Origin: Promethearchaeota archaeon
Lineage (GTDB): Archaea; Asgardarchaeota; Lokiarchaeia; Sigyniarchaeales; SOKP01
Direction of reading: 5' to 3'
Assembly (NCBI GenBank): GCA_011364925.1
Contig: RDOA01000005.1
Location: 32,001-96,000 of the forward strand
Length of the DNA: 64,000 bases
Shown: positions 59,919 through 64,000 of the stretch, piece by piece
Position numbering within the stretch: the stretch's first letter is position 1
Layout: the number at the start of each line of letters is the position of its first letter
Translations under genes and position numbers: made by a program
The notes under the pieces: model-generated
What the model saw: only the letters and a program-made list of their open reading frames with translations
Databases searched by the model: none
Told to the model about the DNA's origin: nothing

Positions 59919-61091
59919 TCACGATGAATGGACTTTTTCTAAAAATTCCTTTGATGGCATTAAACCGAATGCAAACATGTTGACTACTTGCTCTCTGAAT
60001 TCTGAATCTATTTCGGATAACTTAAACATTTTATTTAAGTTACTCCCTCCGTGTTCGTAAAGGAAATTAATCATCGATAATTTTAATTTAAAATTTCTAA
60101 TAATACTTTTGATTTCCTTATTAGTTCTAAAATTTTTTAAACTAATGTTAGAATAATCTTCATTTCGCAAGGCATTAATAGCCGTTTCTGCTGCTATTTG
60201 ACCAGATATTACCGCACTTTGGATTCCTTCGCCACTAATTGGAGATACAAATCCTCCAGCGTCCCCAATAATCATTACATTTTCAGAAAATAAGCTTTTT
60301 TCAAGTACTCCTTCAGCGGGAAATGGATATACAGACGACCAGATAACTTTTTTATTTGATTTAGGAATCAATTTCGTTATATTTGTATTTTCAACAAAAT
60401 TTTTGTAATCTTGATGAATATTGTGTTTTAGATTATCTTTTCCAAATGTGAATATTCCTATGTTATATTTTTTGGGATTTAATGGAAATATCCACCCATA
60501 TCCCTGGAAGGGTGTAAAGAATACATATGCCCTTTTCAAATTCAAGTGATGATTACCCTCGATTATTGCACATTTACCTATAGCTAATTCTTTATTGATC
60601 CATTTTGTTCTAATTCCAGACTTTATAGCTAATTTAGAACTCATTCCATCAGCTATGACTATAATTTTTCCACGGTATTCCTTAGTACCAGTTTGTGATT
60701 TTGTTTTTACACCCATTTTTTGGGAATTCTTTACTACAAAATCATACGATACATTATTATCAAAAAGTTCTGCGCCAGCATCTAACGCTGCGTCTCTCAT
60801 GATATTGTCAAGTTCCAATCTATCAACGATTATAGAAAATTCATCAGATGAACCCTCAAATTCTAATCTATGATAATCCGCTGAATGCATAACGACCCCA
60901 GTAACTTTTTGACTACTGAGTTTTTTCAGTTGGGGGTATAAATCCACGACACTGGAATGAACAGCTCCGCCACATGGTTTTCGCCATCTTGTATTTTTTT
61001 CAATCAAGGCAACTCTGAAACCTGCTTCTGTTAGGATCTTAGCACAATGAGAACCTGAAGGTCCAGCACCGCTTATTACAACATCAAACAT
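59919..61091 (-). CDS. Geranylgeranyl reductase family flavoprotein
   Basis: GAGPSG, KPCGG, IADG, GYGWIFP, IGDAGGFVSPISGEGI. Confidence 0.9.
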   Translation of the reverse strand: MFDVVISGAGPSGSHCAKILTEAGFRVALIEKNTRWRKPCGGAVHSSVVDLYPQLKKLSSQKVTGVVMHSADYHRLEFEGSSDEFSIIVDRLELDNIMRDAALDAGAELFDNNVSYDFVVKNSQKMGVKTKSQTGTKEYRGKIIVIADGMSSKLAIKSGIRTKWINKELAIGKCAIIEGNHHLNLKRAYVFFTPFQGYGWIFPLNPKKYNIGIFTFGKDNLKHNIHQDYKNFVENTNITKLIPKSNKKVIWSSVYPFPAEGVLEKSLFSENVMIIGDAGGFVSPISGEGIQSAVISGQIAAETAINALRNEDYSNISLKNFRTNKEIKSIIRNFKLKLSMINFLYEHGGSNLNKMFKLSEIDSEFREQVVNMFAFGLMPSKEFLEKVHSS

Positions 61092-61415
61092 AATTATAAA
61101 ATCTTTTTTAAGAAATTGAGTGATATATAACTAATTTAATAGTTTATTAAAAAATTGCGAATTATTTAATAAAAATAGTGCTACAGAAGTTTAAGAGTAT
61201 TATAATTGGGCATTCATTTATAATTGCGAAATGTTATATTTTTAATTTGAAAAAACACAACGTTTTCTATATTTCATTTCCATTTTTTAATCACTTGCTC
61301 GTAATAATAATTACGGGCACATTTTCACATCTAATTCTGAATTCAAGCTACGCAAAATAACTAATCTTATATTTTTTCTAGCATTATTGAGCGTTACTGA
61401 TATTCTTGCAACACT

Positions 61416-62564
61416 ATGATGAAAAACATTAAAATTTCTTATAAAGAATTTAAGACGGCTTTAAACAAGTTAAAATATCCCGATTCTTGGTTTTGGTGCA
61501 GATATACTATAAATCCTTACTCTGGATGCGCTCATAAATGCTTATACTGCGATGCTCGAAGCCAACGATATTACTTAAGTCAAGACTTTGAAACAGAAGT
61601 GATCGTGAAAACAAATATCGATAAAGTCTTAGATCAAAAGATAAAAAGGTCTCGAACGCTTCTACCAGATGTAATAGGTCCCGGTGGAGTCTGTGACGCA
61701 TATCAACCAATCGAATTAGAAGTAGAAAATACTCTAAAAATTTTAAAAGTAATAGAAAAACACAAATATCCAGTGAATATTGCTACAAAATCGAATTTAA
61801 TCACTAGAGATTTAGAAATATTAAATAGAATCGCTACTGATACCTGGTGTACAGTCGGTTTTTCAATTACTACAATGGATGAGGAATTAGCTCAATTTTT
61901 GGAACCTCATTCATCATCTCCTAAGGAAAGACTTGAAGCGTTAAGTAAAATTAAACAAGGAGCACCTAAAATTCAAGTGGGGACTTATTTCATGCCAATT
62001 ATTCCATTTTTAGAAGATACCGACGAAAATTTAGAAGCTGTAATCAAAAAATCAAAAGAGAGTGGAGCTGATTTCGTTCTGTTTTCTCCCGGCTTAACTC
62101 TTCGGGACGCTCAAGCAGATTTCTTCCTTAAAAAAATAAAGGAAAGTAAATATGGCAATGTTGTTAAACCTTTGTTAAATTTATACAGTGGACAAATTGG
62201 ACCTCCTAAAAACTATGTTCATCGGATTTATAAGAAATTATTACCTTTATGTCAGAAATACGATATCGCAGTTCGAGAAAAGAGATGGATTCCAAAAGAT
62301 TATCGAAAATGGAACTATAAAATCTCCGAACTGCTATTGGTTAAAGAATATATGGATGTCTTAAAATATGGCAAATCGGACAAATCTTTCTACTGGGCGG
62401 GATTGACTCTAAACAATTTGGAAGAATCCATCCTTAATGTCTACAATCGAGGAGAACTCTCCAAATTAAGGAATTTTAATTCTAAAGTAAGAGAATTCGT
62501 TGAATCGTATTTGGAGCAAAATAAAGAATTGAATGAGAAAACAGGTATGGATAGATTTTTATGA
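61416..62564 (+). CDS. Radical SAM protein (SplB/Rv2578c-like)
   Basis: INPYSGCAHKCLYC, DAYQPIE, ATKS. Confidence 0.88.
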   Translation: MMKNIKISYKEFKTALNKLKYPDSWFWCRYTINPYSGCAHKCLYCDARSQRYYLSQDFETEVIVKTNIDKVLDQKIKRSRTLLPDVIGPGGVCDAYQPIELEVENTLKILKVIEKHKYPVNIATKSNLITRDLEILNRIATDTWCTVGFSITTMDEELAQFLEPHSSSPKERLEALSKIKQGAPKIQVGTYFMPIIPFLEDTDENLEAVIKKSKESGADFVLFSPGLTLRDAQADFFLKKIKESKYGNVVKPLLNLYSGQIGPPKNYVHRIYKKLLPLCQKYDIAVREKRWIPKDYRKWNYKISELLLVKEYMDVLKYGKSDKSFYWAGLTLNNLEESILNVYNRGELSKLRNFNSKVREFVESYLEQNKELNEKTGMDRFL

Positions 62565-63304
62565 TAGAATCGATAGTAAAGGAAATCTCCAATTTATTAA
62601 TAGAAAATACGCCAAAATTGTCTAATGATCAAAAAGAAAGAATGTATAAAATATTAAATCCAGATATTTCTGATTATAGGATATATGGAATTCGAATACC
62701 AGAAATAGATAGGATCGTTAGATCTGTTTATGAGACCTTTAACTGCAACTACGATGATGCTGTTGATGTGTTTAAGAAGCTTACAAGGACAAATAGTGAA
62801 GAGCAAAAGTTCGCTGGTTTTTTATTCTTAAATCGTTTTAAGAAAAACTTCAACATGGAAACAGTAGACATTATTAGAGAAGAATACTCTAAATATTGCC
62901 ACACATGGAGTCACATAGATTCGACTTGCGTGAGACTTTTAGGTCCCTTTTTGGGAAAGAAGGGAAACGAATCGTTAGCGATTAAAACTATAAATGAATG
63001 GGCAAATTCAAGCAACCTATGGATAAAAAGAGGTTCTATGGTCATTTTACTTAAAATCACAATGATGAGAAAAGATTTTGATGAGAATTATGTTTTTGAC
63101 CTGGTAGATAAGATGTTACAATATTCTGATGCGAATTATATCGAAAAAGGGATAGGCTGGTTGTTAAAAACATGCTCTAAGTATAAGCCTGATGTCATTA
63201 TAAACTATTTAACTAAGAATAAAAGTAAACTATCAAGGCTTATTCTACGCTACGCCAGCGAAAAATTGCCAAAAGAAACGCGACTTCAAATTCTTAAAAA
63301 ATAA
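62561..63304 (+). CDS. DNA alkylation repair protein (AlkD-like)
   Basis: YGIRIP, TWSHID, W..S.NLWIKR, KGIGWLLK. Confidence 0.88.
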   Translation: MIESIVKEISNLLIENTPKLSNDQKERMYKILNPDISDYRIYGIRIPEIDRIVRSVYETFNCNYDDAVDVFKKLTRTNSEEQKFAGFLFLNRFKKNFNMETVDIIREEYSKYCHTWSHIDSTCVRLLGPFLGKKGNESLAIKTINEWANSSNLWIKRGSMVILLKITMMRKDFDENYVFDLVDKMLQYSDANYIEKGIGWLLKTCSKYKPDVIINYLTKNKSKLSRLILRYASEKLPKETRLQILKK

Positions 63305-63307
63305 AAT

Positions 63308-63670
63308 TTAGTAATTAGGCTTATTTCTTCCGATGTCGCCAATGTACAGCTTGAAATAATTATTCTCCTTCCCAATTTCAAGAGTTGTTTCCATGTCAAA
63401 AGTAGCTCCGTACTTGATTACTGAATACTCATTTTGTCCCAATACATTTTCAATATCCTCAATGAGTGAAACTTGAGTGTCTTTAACTAGCAATTTTGGT
63501 CCTTGTTCTGGTTTACTGTTATTAACAATCTTTAAATAATACCTATTAGAGTTTTTCTTAATCTTAAATTCGCAATCAACCATTCCAAACTCATCATCGT
63601 AAAAAGCATCGGAAATTTGGTACCCGACTTGTTCTAAACCTTTAATTAATAAATTCATTAGTGTTTCCAT
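63308..63670 (-). CDS. Hypothetical protein with internal duplication
   Basis: Two similar alpha-beta halves of about 50 aa. Confidence 0.65.
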   Translation of the reverse strand: METLMNLLIKGLEQVGYQISDAFYDDEFGMVDCEFKIKKNSNRYYLKIVNNSKPEQGPKLLVKDTQVSLIEDIENVLGQNEYSVIKYGATFDMETTLEIGKENNYFKLYIGDIGRNKPNY

Positions 63671-63720
63671 AATTATATTGTGCGATTGTATTATTTAAAT
63701 CTAAATTAGGTTATCAAGAA

Positions 63721-64000
63721 TTAAAAGTCCATTGAGAATTTAATCGCGTTTGCAGGGCAGATCTCGATACAACGATTGCAATAATAACATTCTGTTTTTT
63801 TACTATCTGCAGCTGCCTCTTGCGTAGGACAAATTTTTTCACATAAGCCACATTCAGTACAATCTTCAGTTCGTTCGTATTTATATCTGCTTAACCGACT
63901 TGTTAGAGCAGCCAAAGCGCCAAATGGACATAAAAATCGACACCATGGTCGATACAGGAAAAGGCTTGCAACACTTATAATCACTAATCCGATAAAGGGA
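63721..64000 (-). CDS. 4Fe-4S binding membrane protein (NapH/MauN-like), C-terminal part
   Basis: RPWCRFLCPFG, CTECGLCEKICP, CYYCNRCIEICP. Confidence 0.88.
   Translation of the reverse strand, partial: PFIGLVIISVASLFLYRPWCRFLCPFGALAALTSRLSRYKYERTEDCTECGLCEKICPTQEAAADSKKTECYYCNRCIEICPANAIKFSMDF

Noticed and set aside
61178-61360. 60-aa ORF between the GGR and radical SAM genes
   Set aside because: No motif or SD; likely divergent promoter DNA
59200-64000. Integrated element at tRNA-Gly
   Set aside because: No integrase and no duplicated tRNA 3' end seen within the window
1-64000. CRISPR arrays, IS elements, rRNA genes
   Set aside because: No regularly spaced repeats, transposase ORFs or rRNA-like sequence observed

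Overview
AT-rich archaeal chromosome segment, most consistent with an Asgard archaeon (Lokiarchaeia-like). This is an inference from eS26, roadblock proteins, a SNAP-like TPR protein, a Get3-like ATPase, CdhE and large lineage-specific proteins. Most of the window is housekeeping: the rps19e-PDCD5-rpl39e-rpl31e-eif6-rpl18a-pfdA-ftsY-secE cluster (interrupted by a CocE/BRCT insertion), gar1-tfb, arcS-raSEA, trmY, nep1, rnp4, rnz, dnaG, ahcY, a Co/Ni ECF transporter, an IscS-TusA pair, corrinoid proteins, DNA-repair genes and one tRNA-Gly(TCC). No CRISPR array, transposase or integrase was seen. Two signals stand out. (1) At least 6, and up to 8, genes appear to initiate at ATT/ATA/ATC, including tfb and rps26e. 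In several of them an in-frame stop just upstream excludes any ATG/GTG/TTG start that would keep the conserved N-terminus, and a Shine-Dalgarno-like motif sits at the usual spacing. (2) An unannotated ~300-nt multi-helix RNA candidate at 33897-34201 is bracketed by box C (ATGATGA) and box D (CTGA). Several smaller promoter-hairpin-oligo(T) units, a 9-codon micro-ORF, a Lys-to-Asp IscS and a GG-Ile-ended ubiquitin-like protein also deserve follow-up. All calls are by eye; no database search or folding program was run.
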